Shown here piece by piece: positions 7,450 to 8,663 of a DNA stretch of 8,663 bases. The notes below the pieces were generated by a model. The model saw only the letters and a program-made list of their open reading frames with translations, was not told the DNA's origin and ran no database searches. A program made the position numbers and the translations under genes. Location of the stretch: the IMG/VR virus record IMGVR_UViG_2671180854_000003, positions 1 through 8,663 of that record; one strand, written 5' to 3'. This stretch comes from a virus. Its lineage: Duplodnaviria; Heunggongvirae; Uroviricota; Caudoviricetes. Positions within the stretch are counted from its first letter, which is position 1; the number at the start of each line of letters is the position of its first letter.

Positions 7450-7911
7450 CTATCTGCACTGCTCATTAATATACTTCTGGGTTCCTTCCAGTTGTTTTTG
7501 CATAGTGATCAGCCTCTCTCTGAGGGTGAAATAATCCCGTTCAGCGGTGTCTGCCAGTCGGGGGGAGGCTGCATTATCCACGCCGGAGGCGGTGGTGGCT
7601 TCACGCACTGACTGACAGACTGCTTTGATGTGCAACCGACGACGACCAGCGGCAACATCATCACGCAGAGCATCATTTTCAGCTTTCGCATCAGCTAACT
7701 CCTTCGTGTATTTTGCATCGAGCGCAGCAACATCACGCTGACGCATCTGCATGTCAGTAATTGCCGCGTTCGCCAGCTTCAGTTCTTTGGCATTTTTGTC
7801 GCGCTGGGCTTTATAGGTAATGGCGTTATCACGGTAATGATTAACAGCCCATGACAGGCAGACGATGATGCAGATAACCAGAGCGGAGATAATCGCGGTT
7901 ACTCTGTTCAT
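7450..7911 (-). CDS. Rz: Rz-type i-spanin (153 aa from ATG at 7911)
   Basis: Translation [41 protein letters not shown]... closely matches lambda Rz as I recall it; start overlaps the endolysin stop (ATGA). Confidence 0.9.
   Translation of the reverse strand: MNRVTAIISALVICIIVCLSWAVNHYRDNAITYKAQRDKNAKELKLANAAITDMQMRQRDVAALDAKYTKELADAKAENDALRDDVAAGRRRLHIKAVCQSVREATTASGVDNAASPRLADTAERDYFTLRERLITMQKQLEGTQKYINEQCR
7509..7691 (-). CDS. Rz1: Rz1-type o-spanin lipoprotein (60 aa), embedded in the +1 frame inside Rz
   Basis: Translation [26 protein letters not shown]...PPPPPAW... with lipobox (VVGC) and proline-rich region, as in lambda Rz1. Confidence 0.85.
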   Translation of the reverse strand: MRKLKMMLCVMMLPLVVVGCTSKQSVSQCVKPPPPPAWIMQPPPDWQTPLNGIISPSERG

Positions 7912-8405
7912 TGCTGACCCCACAAACAGATTTCACGCTCAATCTCACGACGAGTCATGAGACCTTTCCATTGCTTACCGCCAGCATATGTCCAGCGACG
8001 TAACTGATCACATGCGCCTTTGATATCGCCCTGGTTTATTTTGCGAAGAAGCGTCGATGTTCTGAAATTGCCAGCACCCACGTTGTAAACGAATGAGTAA
8101 AGAGCGCCGCGCGTTGTTTCCGGTATATCGACTTCGATGTATGGGTTAATTTGTCTGGCGACAGTGGCAAGGTCTTTATTCAAGAGTGCTTTGCATTCTG
8201 CTTTGGTATACGTTTTACCGAGCATGATGTCTTTTCCTGTATGCCCGTGACATACGGTCCATACACCAACAATATCTTTGTATGGTATGTAGCTGACACC
8301 TTCCAGACCATCGTTACCACTTGGGCCAGTGATTAACACTGATGCTATAGCAATTGCTCCGCCACCAATAGCAGCAGCAACGGCTTTTCGTAATGATGGA
8401 GGCAT
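7908..8405 (-). CDS. SAR-type endolysin (phage lysozyme, P21 R / DLP12 RrrD-like), 165 aa
   Basis: N-terminal signal-anchor-release segment [30 protein letters not shown] followed by lysozyme body; near-identical to P21-type endolysins from memory; start overlaps holin stop (TAATG). Confidence 0.9.
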   Translation of the reverse strand: MPPSLRKAVAAAIGGGAIAIASVLITGPSGNDGLEGVSYIPYKDIVGVWTVCHGHTGKDIMLGKTYTKAECKALLNKDLATVARQINPYIEVDIPETTRGALYSFVYNVGAGNFRTSTLLRKINQGDIKGACDQLRRWTYAGGKQWKGLMTRREIEREICLWGQQ

Positions 8406-8540
8406 TATTCACCTCTCGCAGCCTTGCGCTTATCTTCTTTAATCTTGAAATAAAGGTTTGTCAGGTACGTCAGCAGGCCAAATACCAGGCTACCCAGCAC
8501 ACCTATTGCTGCCCACTGTGAGGGCGTGACTTTATCGAGC
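8405..8540 (-). pseudogene. Pinholin (S21/EssD-like) 3' remnant; N-terminal ~25 codons replaced by an IS insertion
   Basis: Minus-strand translation ...[44 protein letters not shown] matches the C-terminal two-thirds of P21-type pinholins; similarity ends abruptly at ~8540 where an IS terminal sequence begins. Confidence 0.75.
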
Positions 8541-8663
8541 TGAACCGCCCCGGGAATCCTGGAGACTAAACTTCCTGAGAAAGAGGTAAACAGGATGACT
8601 AAAAATACTCGTTTTTCCCCCGAAGTCCGTCAACGGGCAGTCCGTATGGTTCTGGAAAGTCAG
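8541..8663 (+). mobile_element. Left end of an IS3-family insertion sequence (IS629/IS1203-like), continuing beyond the window
   Basis: Terminal sequence TGAACCGCCCCGGG... starts exactly where holin similarity stops; transposase OrfA start follows 54 bp downstream. Confidence 0.7.
8595..8663 (+). CDS. IS3-family transposase OrfA, N-terminal 23 codons (partial, runs off window)
   Basis: Translation [23 protein letters not shown] matches the N-terminus of IS629/IS1203-type OrfA as I recall it; AGGTAAACAGG Shine-Dalgarno-like sequence upstream. Confidence 0.75.

Noticed and set aside
5745-7611. Plus- and minus-strand ORFs of 64-132 aa (5745-6080, 6291-6599, 6524-6922, 6898-7092, 7069-7302, 7369-7611) overlapping the tail genes
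   Set aside because: Each is antisense or out of frame relative to a well-supported tail-fibre, tfa or ymfQ-like gene; none has independent support
7912-7923. GTG-initiated 4-codon extension of Rz (MGSA-)
   Set aside because: Lambda-type Rz begins at the MxRVT methionine; the ATG at 7911 forms the usual ATGA overlap with the endolysin stop
8151-8336. 61-aa plus-strand ORF inside the endolysin gene
   Set aside because: Antisense shadow ORF inside a near-canonical SAR endolysin
1-8663. CRISPR arrays or other short tandem repeat arrays
   Set aside because: No regularly spaced direct repeats were seen on reading through the window

Overview
The window reads as an enterobacterial (E. coli-like) chromosomal segment running from core DNA into a decayed prophage integrated at a tRNA-Thr site. 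Left to right: (1) the C-terminal portion of a LysR-family regulator (1-411); (2) a 46-nt partial copy of the 3' half of tRNA-Thr(CGU) on the minus strand (538-583), marking an integration-site junction; (3) a strongly AT-rich block (~900-3840) whose only gene is a 936-aa protein with an N-terminal SIR2-like (sirtuin/NADase) domain and a long low-complexity C-terminal region - the best candidate here for a single-gene anti-phage defence system; (4) a Pin/Gin/Hin-type serine invertase (4055-4609, minus) next to a ~1.75 kb invertible tail-fibre segment bounded by two 26-bp gix/hix-like crossover sites (4664-4689 and 6410-6435), holding two alternative tail-fibre C-terminal cassettes and two convergent tail-fibre-assembly genes; (5) a YmfQ/DUF2313-type tail gene and an apparent baseplate-J 3' remnant; (6) a lambdoid P21-type lysis cassette (Rz with embedded Rz1, SAR-type endolysin, pinholin) whose holin 5' end is replaced by the left end of an IS3-family element that runs off the window. 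All protein identifications are by eye and from memory of the named families; no database search was run. GC statements are rough estimates from sampled lines.
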